From positions 192,001 through 256,000 of the IMG/VR virus record IMGVR_UViG_3300035498_000877: 64,000 nucleotides of DNA, one strand, 5' to 3'. The notes below the pieces were generated by a model, which saw only the letters and a program-made list of their open reading frames with translations, was not told the origin of the DNA and ran no database searches. This document shows, one piece after another, positions 19,259 through 29,425 of this stretch. How positions within the stretch are numbered: position 1 is the first letter of the stretch; each line of letters begins with the position of its first letter. The position numbers and the translations under genes are program-made. This DNA is from a virus (taxonomy: Duplodnaviria > Caudoviricetes).

Positions 19259-22107
19259 ATGGCTAAATATGTTGATGACCATTTTGATCATCTAGTCAGT
19301 GACATAGAAAAGATAAGAGTCAGACATAGACAATATATATCTTATTCTAATGAAGCTGGTGCAAAATCAGTAGTCGATGAGATATTAAATAACTCATTGG
19401 ATGAATGTAGAAACCCACGTTCACCAGGTAAGAATATTCACATCGAATTTGATGAAAGGACTGGATTTATTACAGTTGAGGATGATGGAAGAGGAATTCC
19501 AACTGATAAATTGGAAGAAATTTATACATCATTGAACATGGGTTCCAATATTAATACATCAAATAAAGCTAATCTTAAAGCAGAAACATTAGGTCAAAAT
19601 GGTACTGGTACACTTGCTATATGTGGATTAGCAGAACATGTTGAAATTGTTTCAAATAGAGGAGGTACTGAAGATATCTCAAAGACATTAATCTTTGAAG
19701 AAGGTAAAAAAGTTGCTGAGAAAATATCACCTAAATGTACTAAACATGGTATGTATGTTAAATATAAACCATCTAAAGTAATGGGTAAAAATACAAAGAT
19801 TATTTGGCAAGATGTAAGAAATGAATTATTGAATCTTCAGTTCTTAAATAAACAAAAGATTCATATGGATTCTATTTATTATGATAAGAATGGAAAGAAA
19901 ACTATAGAAAAATATATAGCATATCCATTTGTAGAAATTCTATCAAGGAATAATAAAGAGAATTTAATAAGTAATAAGTATTTTGTTACAGCTAGTGATA
20001 ATAATCAGGTTGAAGAATTAGATGGAATTAATGTAAAACGATTTATAGAAATTGATGTAGCATTTGCATATACGAATTCTTTAAATCCATACATTGATTC
20101 ATTTAGTAATTCAAATAATACTGTGGATAATGGAGATCATTTAGATGGTGCATTAGAAGCATTATGTAGATATCTTCAAATAGCTGTTAAGAATTCATTA
20201 TCTGAAAAAGAAAAATCATCTTTGGATATTAAATGGGATGATGTAAAATCTGGACTATCTATATGTGTGGCATTAAGAACTAATTTTGAACGATTGTATA
20301 CAGGTCAGACTAAACACAAAGTAGTATCATCTGAAATTAAGAGAGCAATAGTTCAATTGGTTCAAGATAACTTAAATCTATATTTCCAAAAGAATCAATC
20401 CCAATTAAGAGAATTAATTAATATAGTAAAGATGAATGCTAAAGCTCGTAGAGAAGGTGATCGAGTTAAAACGGCTGTAGTAAAAAATACTCTGAATAAC
20501 TGGTCTTCATATAAGATCAAAAACTATGATCCATGTGCAAGAACGGGAGTTAAAGAGTATAAAGAGTTATACATCATAGAGGGCGACTCGGCAAAAGGTA
20601 GCTTAAAGAAGGCTAGAGATCCTATGTTTCAAGCACTATTTGCAATCAGAGGCGTATCACTTAACGTTTTTGGGGTTCAACTGGATGAAATAATAGGACA
20701 AAATGGAAATAGAGAATTTACAGACTTAGTAACAGTTATGGGCTGTAATGTAGGCGCTAAATTTGATATAAATAAAATGCAGTTCAATAAAATAATCATA
20801 TCATCAGATGCGGATAAACAAACTATGTCCGCTTAAAACTTCTTTAATTGCTGGGAGTTCCTTAGAGCTTTAATTACTATTAATAGTAATAATATTAAAG
20901 ATTGGATAATCAGCAGTTAAGCCAAAGTGGAAAATTCATCGACTATCGACCAGCTATGGTATTCGAGAAATACGGTACCAATATAGTCAGTAGAGTACAC
21001 CCAAAGTGAATGTGGGCCATAAACCATGGAATGGAGTGGGGTAACTGGAAACGGGAAGTAGTTGTACATCGGTAATAGATGTACACTAAAGATATAGTCA
21101 CAACGATCAATAGATCACTCAACCTTGAGATAGGTTGTTGTCCTATGAGAGTAGGAGAAGCATTAAGTTGCTGCTAGTATGTTGCGAGTACTAGTGTAAG
21201 ATAATTGATAGACGGATTATTTATTAGAAGTTTACTATTAGCATTCTTCTTTAAAATGTTTCCGGAACTTATTTATGATGGTAGGATTTATATAAGTGAA
21301 CCACCTCTGTATAGAGTAGATGATAAAAAGAATCCATTTGTAATTAATAAAGCCGATTACTTGGATAGATATGTAAAGTCAGTTACTAAAGATTATAAAG
21401 TTGGACATTATATATCAAAACACAATATAGAATATTTTGATAAGAAAGATTTAATAGAATTTCTATCAGATACATCTACATATGTAGATGATATGAGTAT
21501 GCTTCAAAAACATTATCAGATTAATGATAGACTATTAGAAATTATATTAGAAGAATTTTCTATGTTGTTAGATAGCGAGAAAACTACACCAGAAGAAATT
21601 ATTATGAGAACAAATATACAGCATCTGATGGATCGAATTGGTGAGGAATTCAAAGAACTTCAATATGATGACACTCATCATGAGATTAAAGGAAGTATAG
21701 ATGCAAAGATGCAGCTTATAGAAATATCAACTAATCTTGTTAAGCGTTCAATGTCTATAATAAAGATAATGAATAAATATCATGTTGGAAAAAATAAATT
21801 TGTATTGCTAGATATCAGAACTAAATCTGAATATGATTTATCATTATTAGGAATATTAAAGATGTTAAAGAAATATCAACCAACAATACTTCATAGATTT
21901 AAAGGTCTTGGAGAGAATGATGATGAGGATATTAAAGAAACAATTATGGATCCAAATACCAGAACTTTGATCAGAGTAAATATTGAAGATATTGAAAATG
22001 ATGCTAAGATATTCCAATTATTAAGAGGAAAGACAACAGCTGATAAGTTGGGACGTAAAACAATGATGCGTGAATATCAGATTGATCCAGCATTGATTGA
22101 TACGTGA
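19259..22107 (+). CDS. gyrB: type II topoisomerase / DNA gyrase subunit B, spliced (exons 19259-20815 and 21208-22107; 818 aa)
   Basis: EILNNSLDE, DDGRGIP, IEGDSA, RFKGLGE; intron removal restores Toprim motif DAD|IDG in frame. Confidence 0.9.
20816..21207 (+). mobile_element. group I intron in gyrB (392 nt, no ORF)
   Basis: P1: exon GCGGAU pairs GUCCGC with U-G at splice site; P10 CUAU/AUAG; core AATTGCTGGGA, AATCAGCAG, CGACTATCG, AAGATATAGTC; ends in G. Confidence 0.92.
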
Positions 22108-22163
22108 TTTAAAAGTATATATTCTATAACTGTAAATAAAAAATGTTTTAGGAGGAAATAGTT

Positions 22164-22940
22164 ATGCCAAGAGTAAAGAAAACTGAAAAAGAAGAAGAGT
22201 TAGATATCAAGAAACCCGTACGAGATTCTGTTGTAACTCGGTGGTTTAAAGAGAATGCTGGAGACTCAGCACATGATCTAAAGATTGTATCTGAACTAAC
22301 TGCACGTAGTTGTTGGGATCAGTTCAATTTAAGCCCTACAGTATCTGGAGAAGTTTATGCAGTAATATTCTATGCAACATTTATGACAATAATTGATTTC
22401 TTGATGTCACAGAGAAAGAAGTATTCTCAATATACTATGGAAATCGGACAGTGCATCAATATTGGGTATATGAATAATACAAATGATGATAATGAGAAAG
22501 TAGGATCATTTGATCCAATCATTGAGTACATTGGCACAAATACACGTGTGCAGAAAGATAATGAAACAAGTATCACAGCAAATCTTAATAAATGGAAAGG
22601 TGCAAATGTTAAAACAGAAGATGAAATTAGGGAAAAGATTGAGAAAGCAACACTTGCTAGACTTAATTCAGATGAGTTTAAGATTGATACTAGAACTGAT
22701 CAGATGATCTTTCCAATATTTGGTACATTCATGGATAATCTTGTTGCATATGTAAAAGTTAAATACAAAGAAGCAATGGGTACAAATGTATCTACAGTAT
22801 CAATAGATGTATTCAGGATATTCAGAATCAAGTATTCATTCAATGAAGAAGAGAATATGGAATGTATTGAATATGAGCCATTAACATTGATGAAGTGTCC
22901 TATGAAATCAGATGATATTTCTAAGACATATGTAGATTAA
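22164..22940 (+). CDS. hypothetical protein
   Basis: 258 aa, AGGAGG RBS, promoter motif at 22117-22125. Confidence 0.7.
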   Translation: MPRVKKTEKEEELDIKKPVRDSVVTRWFKENAGDSAHDLKIVSELTARSCWDQFNLSPTVSGEVYAVIFYATFMTIIDFLMSQRKKYSQYTMEIGQCINIGYMNNTNDDNEKVGSFDPIIEYIGTNTRVQKDNETSITANLNKWKGANVKTEDEIREKIEKATLARLNSDEFKIDTRTDQMIFPIFGTFMDNLVAYVKVKYKEAMGTNVSTVSIDVFRIFRIKYSFNEEENMECIEYEPLTLMKCPMKSDDISKTYVD

Positions 22941-22944
22941 AAAT

Positions 22945-22971
22945 AAAGGAGGAGATAATCTCCTCCTTTTT
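22945..22971. terminator. bidirectional intrinsic terminator
   Basis: AAAGGAGGAGAT/ATCTCCTCCTTT stem between convergent genes. Confidence 0.8.
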
Positions 22972-23714
22972 TACATGAAATTAAGCCACTCAGTACGATC
23001 TACATGATACTTATCTCTCCATTCATTGAGAAGAGATGTTCTATCTGAATCAGCAGATTGATAATCTTCAATTTTCAAATTTATATTACCAAATGCTGAT
23101 GCAATATTATCATACATTTTCAAATTATTATATAAGAAAGATTTAACATCCAATTTAGCAAGTTCCATAAAAGAATCATAACATCCATCAGGAATAGTCT
23201 CACCATTGTCTAAATGCTCACAAGCAACTTCAAATGATAAAATTGTTCTAGGATACCCATATAATCGAATCTTATTCTCTCCAAGATATTCAAATGTTGG
23301 CTCTGCTCTCATTTGTGAAGTCATCATCAAGTATGCATTCGCTGTAATAACTCCAGTAGGTGATAAATCCATTCCATATCCATATGGGATATCTCCATAT
23401 GCTCCTGTTGCATTATATGCAGGAGTGACACTAGCTACATACATTACTGGTGTCATTGTTAGAAAAGGTGGAAGCATATATACTCTTCTAGATTTATCTA
23501 TGACTTTTAAATTATCTACATGACAATCACCATTACGAATCCATGGTTGAAATTGAGAATACTCAGGGATTGTTATCGTTGATAATATATTGGATAGAAT
23601 ATTTTCAGTTGGTATGGGTTTACCAGTAGTTTCATCTTTGAAAGGTAATGTTATCGCATATAAATTCAAACTTAATTTCAATGCTGAAATTACTCTAGAC
23701 ATATTCATTATCAA
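22971..23714 (-). CDS. putative virion structural (neck-like) protein
   Basis: 247 aa, AAGGAG RBS; structural role inferred from general resemblance only. Confidence 0.4.
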   Translation of the reverse strand: MIMNMSRVISALKLSLNLYAITLPFKDETTGKPIPTENILSNILSTITIPEYSQFQPWIRNGDCHVDNLKVIDKSRRVYMLPPFLTMTPVMYVASVTPAYNATGAYGDIPYGYGMDLSPTGVITANAYLMMTSQMRAEPTFEYLGENKIRLYGYPRTILSFEVACEHLDNGETIPDGCYDSFMELAKLDVKSFLYNNLKMYDNIASAFGNINLKIEDYQSADSDRTSLLNEWRDKYHVDRTEWLNFM

Positions 23715-23795
23715 TCATCTCCTTTATTTAATTTTAATATTTTGTCACATAATCCAATATTTTACATAAACTAATTATAGAGAGGAAAAATTAAA

Positions 23796-24185
23796 ATGGA
23801 AACAGAAATTGAAACATGTGCAAGAATACCAACACCAGCTATTGATAAAAATGGAAATGAATATATCATTTGTGTTAAATTAGGTGGAACTTATCAGCCA
23901 CCTCATTTCTATGTATTTAAAGATCCTACTAGTTGTTCAGAATGGAAAAGTGGATATGCTATAACATTTCAAGGAAACTTACTAACAGAGAGAGGAATGT
24001 CTATAGTAGATCCAAGTCAAGATATGCTAGATGCTGTTAAATCTAAATTATCAGATATGAATGAAACTGGAGAAATACAGAATTGGCAAATATTATTAAT
24101 GCTATGGAATTATTCTAATCCGAAAGTACAACTTACATATCGAAATATGCCCGAAGATTTATTTAAAACAATAAAACGATTTTAA
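23796..24185 (+). CDS. hypothetical protein with PPHF motif (DUF4160-like?)
   Basis: 129 aa, QPPHFYVF motif and terminal WN..NP. Confidence 0.5.
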   Translation: METEIETCARIPTPAIDKNGNEYIICVKLGGTYQPPHFYVFKDPTSCSEWKSGYAITFQGNLLTERGMSIVDPSQDMLDAVKSKLSDMNETGEIQNWQILLMLWNYSNPKVQLTYRNMPEDLFKTIKRF

Positions 24186-24223
24186 AATAAAGAGAGGGAA
24201 TCAAATCCCTCTCTTTATTTTTA

Positions 24224-24778
24224 TTAAATAAATTGAGTACATTCTTTTTTCTGTTTACCAAGTTTCTCAAATCTCTTTTTAGTTTTATATCCAGAGGCTC
24301 CTAATATCTTATCCATACATGGTTCAAATGCTTCATTCATTTTTTCCATAAACTTATCTGCATATCTATTTACATTTGCAGATTCCTGTTGAAATCCTTC
24401 CATTACTAAATCTTCTTTTACTTTATTAATGGTATTTGTCAATGACTTAATTCCTTCAGTATATGATTTAACAAATGACGGCAATTCAGAATATTTTAAT
24501 TTACATTCTGAAAATAGTTGAGTATTAATAAATGTATCAACGCTTTCATTTATTGTTTCATCAGATGATCTATTATCATTATTTACATTTTTAATAATGT
24601 AATCACAATAGCCCTCAAGATATTTGCTAAATGTATCAAATGATTCTTGGATATTAAATCCTGGAAGTGTTTGTCCAGTTATATTTAAACCAAAATCTTT
24701 TGATATATCATCAATAAATTTCATCGACTCTTCATCATATTTTTCTAAGAAATCTTTAATTGCATTATCTATTATCAT
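24224..24778 (-). CDS. hypothetical protein, possible head protein
   Basis: 184 aa; several xxE-S/G motifs (IQES, INES, VMEG, QQES). Confidence 0.55.
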   Translation of the reverse strand: MIIDNAIKDFLEKYDEESMKFIDDISKDFGLNITGQTLPGFNIQESFDTFSKYLEGYCDYIIKNVNNDNRSSDETINESVDTFINTQLFSECKLKYSELPSFVKSYTEGIKSLTNTINKVKEDLVMEGFQQESANVNRYADKFMEKMNEAFEPCMDKILGASGYKTKKRFEKLGKQKKECTQFI

Positions 24779-24919
24779 GAGATATAACTCCTTTCTAAAA
24801 ATTTTAATAATTTTATTTAAACGTTGTTACATATATATTTAAATAGTTGACAATATTTCATTCTTTGCTTATTTCCCCATTCACGGAGAATGCAATATTT
24901 TCAATTATATATTATTATA

Positions 24920-25252
24920 ATGAATGAAGATAAGTATTCAGTTTGTTATGTATTAAAATAATTATCGATGTCAAAAATGAATTACCAATTAGAATCCAGC
25001 TCCTTAGATATGAATTCTGTACCTCTTAGATAGAAAATATATTTTATGGATATAAATTGGGATTTGTTTATTATGACTATTTCCTCTAAAGTAAAAAGGT
25101 TTTAATGTGAGCACTTCCTTTCACGATTCATTATCTTCATTCATGCATTCACCTATGGGCAGATATCTTACTCGTATCTGCCACTCCAAAGTATTCCGCA
25201 TTAACTGTGACGCTAGATATTAGATCGCGCGTCATGGTTAAGCGGGATTTTT
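24920..25252 (+). ncRNA. candidate structured ncRNA: 225-nt rod with central bubble (6S-like), then two hairpins
   Basis: starts just after promoter motif 24907-24915; perfect 14-bp closing helix 24920-24933/25131-25144 and nested collinear helices; ends at GC-rich hairpin plus T5; no sizeable ORF. Confidence 0.65.
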
Positions 25253-25314
25253 AATCGTTAATTTGACACATTGTGTCTTATTATAAAATAAAAACATTTA
25301 GGAGGTAACAGATT

Positions 25315-25560
25315 ATGAAGTATCCAGAGAAATATCTTTTGGAAGAAGGAGTAAGCCAACCAGAGAACACTACTATAGTGGAGTGTGAGATTTGTCACAG
25401 AAAGTTTGCAATTCCCAATGATGAATTGGAAAAGATGACCGCAAAAATATGTGAGAATGAGGCTTGTATTAAGGCAGCAAATGAGCAGGCAGCTGCTCAA
25501 ATTAAAAATCTGATGAAAGCAAATACATCGGATGATGTTAAGACAGCATTAGGAAATTAA
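25315..25560 (+). CDS. small zinc-finger-like protein
   Basis: AGGAGG RBS; CEIC...CENEAC. Confidence 0.7.
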   Translation: MKYPEKYLLEEGVSQPENTTIVECEICHRKFAIPNDELEKMTAKICENEACIKAANEQAAAQIKNLMKANTSDDVKTALGN

Positions 25561-25621
25561 TCCAAGAGAATAAAGGCAGTTATTATAACTGCCTTTATTT
25601 TTATATTAATGGAGGACAGTT

Positions 25622-25954
25622 ATGATTATCATTTATTTAATTATAGAATTGATATATGAATTAAAATCACTTATATGGTTAATAGGAATGCAACCAATTC
25701 TAATTTTTGCATCAGTAGTAACTTCTGAAATATGGTGGGATGGTGATACTATTGATGAAAAGATTGATGAAACCTGTCAATTTTTAGATTGATTGGATAA
25801 ATCAATAGATAGATGTAGAGAGGTGAAAGCAATAACAGGAAGTTGGGCCGTATCGATTTCGATAATTGAATGGGAAGCAATCATAAACAATTACAGAGAA
25901 AATTTATATTACTATGATATGATAGGAGGCAATATAGAAGATGAAGATATATAA
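25622..25954 (+). pseudogene. 110-codon ORF interrupted by one in-frame TGA (25790-25792)
   Basis: GGAGG RBS; frame stays open past the TGA to a TAA overlapping the next gene start. Confidence 0.55.
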
Positions 25955-26294
25955 ATCTGATAGAAATAGTTATTGTACATTTATTATTACTTGTGAAAAG
26001 AAACAACTAAAGAGTATTTTAGAAAAACTAGTAAATATTAGTATTAAGACTAGAGAGATTGAATCATTTAATCTAACAGATAAAATAGTCTGTTTAAATA
26101 AAGGAAACATATTTAAATTTATAACATTGAAGGAATATAATAAACTTAAATCGTCAAATGATGTATCTGATTCAATAACACGTAAAGTTTATGTTCATGG
26201 ATGGGCATTAGATCAAATATTAGACCATTACAGTGATTATCCAAAATTTAACATCATTGATGAAATATTTGAATACTGTGAAGGAGATAAATAG
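25941..26294 (+). CDS. hypothetical protein
   Basis: AGGAGG RBS, abuts next gene. Confidence 0.65.
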   Translation: MKIYKSDRNSYCTFIITCEKKQLKSILEKLVNISIKTREIESFNLTDKIVCLNKGNIFKFITLKEYNKLKSSNDVSDSITRKVYVHGWALDQILDHYSDYPKFNIIDEIFEYCEGDK

Positions 26295-26876
26295 ATGCAA
26301 GGTTTAGTTTATGATATTTATAATGAAATCACAGATTTTGTTAATAAGAATAATATAACAGATTTTCCATATCATCATAAAGGAATAATTGCAGGTACTA
26401 AATATACTCCATATTTTATTATAGAAAGTATTCGTAAGTATAAGAAAATCTTCAGGAATGATGATTCCGGTAGATATGCAGATGGATGTTTTTATAATAT
26501 ATTTGAAGAGTTACAATCAATAATACAATCTGGAGATGATGAATTAATGTATCTATGTGATTCAAAAGATCTTTTAGATCACCCATTATATGGAGATTAT
26601 TCTTATTACATGGGGAAGCTAGATAATGGGGTTCCATTTGTATTTATTGATTCATCACATTTGTATTCATATCCATGTAGATTATATATTTATGGAGATT
26701 ATACAATTCAGATATTTGAAGAGAATGCATTTCCTATAATATTGGAGAAAAATGAAACAATGCAACAATTATTAATCAGCCATAATATTAAGTTGATAGG
26801 AATGATATTACAGGATATTCAATTGCCAAAAATTTTAGAAGTTGAAGAAGAAATAAAAAATAAAGAGAGGTTTTAA
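26295..26876 (+). CDS. hypothetical protein
   Basis: AAGGAG RBS, terminator after. Confidence 0.65.
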   Translation: MQGLVYDIYNEITDFVNKNNITDFPYHHKGIIAGTKYTPYFIIESIRKYKKIFRNDDSGRYADGCFYNIFEELQSIIQSGDDELMYLCDSKDLLDHPLYGDYSYYMGKLDNGVPFVFIDSSHLYSYPCRLYIYGDYTIQIFEENAFPIILEKNETMQQLLISHNIKLIGMILQDIQLPKILEVEEEIKNKERF

Positions 26877-26911
26877 TTTCCTCTCTTTATTTTTATGATT
26901 TTTTGATACAT

Positions 26912-27091
26912 TTAAATTTTTCCTAATTTTCTGTTTATTTCACCGATCTGATAGTTAACCGAGGCTTGCATATCACACAATCTTATATTCTGCATGTAAG
27001 CATTTATTTGCTCTTTTATCCACTGTTGCTCTTCTGGTGTAAATGTAGTACTTCCGAATTGTACCATAGGATCATTGGTAATTGTTGCCAT
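26912..27091 (-). CDS. small hypothetical protein, 59 aa (not in ORF track)
   Basis: AAAGGAGG RBS; MATITNDPMVQFG...RKLGKI; promoter motif on minus at 27162-27170. Confidence 0.65.
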   Translation of the reverse strand: MATITNDPMVQFGSTTFTPEEQQWIKEQINAYMQNIRLCDMQASVNYQIGEINRKLGKI

Positions 27092-27183
27092 AACTAATAC
27101 CCTCCTTTTTAAAAATACATTAATTATCTATCCACGCGAATTTATCTTATTGCTTACATTCATAATATATAATCAAAATATAG

Positions 27184-28149
27184 TTACACCAATTTCAATA
27201 GTTCACCTCTAAAGTTTTTAATTCCTTTAGCTTCTTTAACTATATCAGATGCTGCTATTGAAATAATATTATTTCCTGAAAGTAAAGTTAAAACCATGAA
27301 TATCAAATAATCAATTGTATCAGTAGCCAACATTGACGGAACATAGTAATAGTTGATCCAATCAGATATAAATGATGGCCATGCAATTGTTTTAAGTCTA
27401 GGAGAAAACTCCTTTAATGTATTCAGCATTTCCATTACAGTAGTTGGATTTATTTGATCATAAATTCCTTTAATACGCATTATCTCTGTTTGATCAATTG
27501 ATTTAGTAGTTGATACAGCTAATTTCTCAATTGTATCAGGATCATCCTTAGTTCCAAATATATGTATTAAGAAGAATTTATTGATTACATATCTAATATC
27601 ATCAAGCACTAACTTATCAGACATTATGGAGAATTCTCTATTAATAATCCTTAAAACAAATTGACAATATATATCCATTAATAATCTCTGTAAGAAAACA
27701 TTTGATACAAGATTATCATAATTATTTCTCAATCCATTTGATATTGTTGCACCTATTAGAAGATCTCGTAATATTGGAGCAGATAAATTCATTACTCCAT
27801 CTCTTCCAATCTTAATCCACTTATCCATGAATACATATGTAACATATCCTCTGCTAGTCTTAACTGTCATAAATGGAAGTGCTTGACTAGTAGATAGTGA
27901 AGCTACATTATTGTATAATAATACAACTTTTCCTTCATTGAATGCTTTAACTGCAGCCATAGTCAATGTATCAGTAATCATTTTAACTTGTATATATGCT
28001 GCTTCAATATCAGTATTAGATAATTTTTGAGCATTCTTTATTAAATCGATTGCTTTATCTTGTGCACTTTTTCCAGTTGAAGTTTCATTAATTCCTTTAT
28101 ATACTGCTGAAGTTCCCAATGATGATTCAGTATAATAACTCATTCCCAT
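27184..28149 (-). CDS. hypothetical protein, probable virion component
   Basis: 321 aa; N-terminal YYTE-S resembles a prohead-protease site. Confidence 0.55.
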   Translation of the reverse strand: MGMSYYTESSLGTSAVYKGINETSTGKSAQDKAIDLIKNAQKLSNTDIEAAYIQVKMITDTLTMAAVKAFNEGKVVLLYNNVASLSTSQALPFMTVKTSRGYVTYVFMDKWIKIGRDGVMNLSAPILRDLLIGATISNGLRNNYDNLVSNVFLQRLLMDIYCQFVLRIINREFSIMSDKLVLDDIRYVINKFFLIHIFGTKDDPDTIEKLAVSTTKSIDQTEIMRIKGIYDQINPTTVMEMLNTLKEFSPRLKTIAWPSFISDWINYYYVPSMLATDTIDYLIFMVLTLLSGNNIISIAASDIVKEAKGIKNFRGELLKLV

Positions 28150-28151
28150 TT

Positions 28152-28382
28152 CTATTCATCTCCTTTATTTAAATTAATTGGATCATTTGCAATTTTAACT
28201 AAACATGCATATCTTATTACTGTAGCATAAGAATATTTATCGTTAAAATGATCTATTCCAATAATAGTATATGTATTTCTTGAATTCTGAAGTTCATCAA
28301 TAAAACTATTGATTTTATTCTCAAGATCATCAAGATCGGAATCATATAATATTTTTACTCTTTCTTTTGGTCCATTAATCAT
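28152..28382 (-). CDS. Cse60/DUF2758-like small protein
   Basis: AGGAGG RBS before ATG 28382; RVKIL...DLENKINSFI...IDH...YSYATVIRY pattern. Confidence 0.5.
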   Translation of the reverse strand: MINGPKERVKILYDSDLDDLENKINSFIDELQNSRNTYTIIGIDHFNDKYSYATVIRYACLVKIANDPINLNKGDE

Positions 28383-28407
28383 ATTTATATTTCCTCCTAA
28401 TATCATT

Positions 28408-29292
28408 TTAAATTGTGGTCATCGATTTACTATTAAGCAAATCATCAACAACATAGTACAATGAGAACAATTCATTCTCTTTAATCTCGTTATATATATC
28501 TTCCTTATTACCCCTTATACATTTTATATCATCTAATGTTAGGTTTATTTTTGTATAATCAGTAATAATAGTTACAAGTTCTCGAGTGAGTGGTAATACA
28601 TTTTTATTGTTTATTAATATTTCTCTTGGTTTTGGTTTAATCTTTGTCAAATTATTATATATTCCATCAATAGATCCAAATTGCTGCATTAGTTGTAATG
28701 CAGTTACTTCACCTATTCCTGGAATACCTGGAATATTATCTGATCTATCACCTTGTAACATTTTTAATTCAATCCACTGTTCTGGGGTTAGATGATATCT
28801 TTCCATTAAAACATCATTGTCAATAATTTCTTTATTTCGATGATTGTATATATAAGTATTTTCATTTATTAATTGATATAAATCTCTATCGGTTGAAACT
28901 ATAATACAAATCATATCATTCTCATTTGATAACTTTGCTATCATTCCTAATATATCATCAGCCTCATATAACTCATTATTATTAAATTGATATCCCATCA
29001 TTACTGCTATTGACGATGCTATTCTCATCTGAGTAGATATATCTGTGTCTTGTGGTTTTCTCTGAGCCTTATAGGGTTTATATAATTTACGTCTAAATGT
29101 CTTTGTTCTACTGAGATCATTTGCAAATACTACATAATCTGGATCAAATATATCATTTAATGATCTGAGTTTTAAAAAGAATCCTTTAACAGCATTTACA
29201 TTAATCCCATTGCTGTTGATCAATTTCTCCCCATAATAACTTCCAAATAGAAAGTTATTAAAATCTATTGCTAAAACAATTTTCTTTTCCAT
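28408..29292 (-). CDS. 5'-3' exonuclease / flap endonuclease (PolI N-terminal, T5 D15 family)
   Basis: IDFNN, FRRKLYKPYKAQR, YEADD, STDRDLYQL, GDRSDNIPGIPGIGEVTA. Confidence 0.9.
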   Translation of the reverse strand: MEKKIVLAIDFNNFLFGSYYGEKLINSNGINVNAVKGFFLKLRSLNDIFDPDYVVFANDLSRTKTFRRKLYKPYKAQRKPQDTDISTQMRIASSIAVMMGYQFNNNELYEADDILGMIAKLSNENDMICIIVSTDRDLYQLINENTYIYNHRNKEIIDNDVLMERYHLTPEQWIELKMLQGDRSDNIPGIPGIGEVTALQLMQQFGSIDGIYNNLTKIKPKPREILINNKNVLPLTRELVTIITDYTKINLTLDDIKCIRGNKEDIYNEIKENELFSLYYVVDDLLNSKSMTTI

Positions 29293-29425
29293 AACAATTT
29301 CTCCTTTTCGAATTGATAATATATAATTGACAAAAAATAATTAGAGAAGAGCCTACTCTTCTTTTTATTTATATATTATTATAGTAGAAATAAAATATTA
29401 TTTAAATATGAAAGGAAGTTTAACC

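Noticed and set aside
19259-22107. gyrB, RNAP and nrdD fragments as pseudogenes or naturally split genes
   Set aside because: Gaps have group I cores and precise removal restores conserved motifs in frame
24969-25034. 21-codon ORF inside the rod RNA
   Set aside because: No Shine-Dalgarno and buried in predicted helices
25790-25792. Genome-wide TGA reassignment
   Set aside because: TGA is the real stop of gyrB and several other genes, and long ORFs are intact in the standard code
15842-27091. Two proteins both starting MATITN
   Set aside because: No similarity beyond six residues; likely chance
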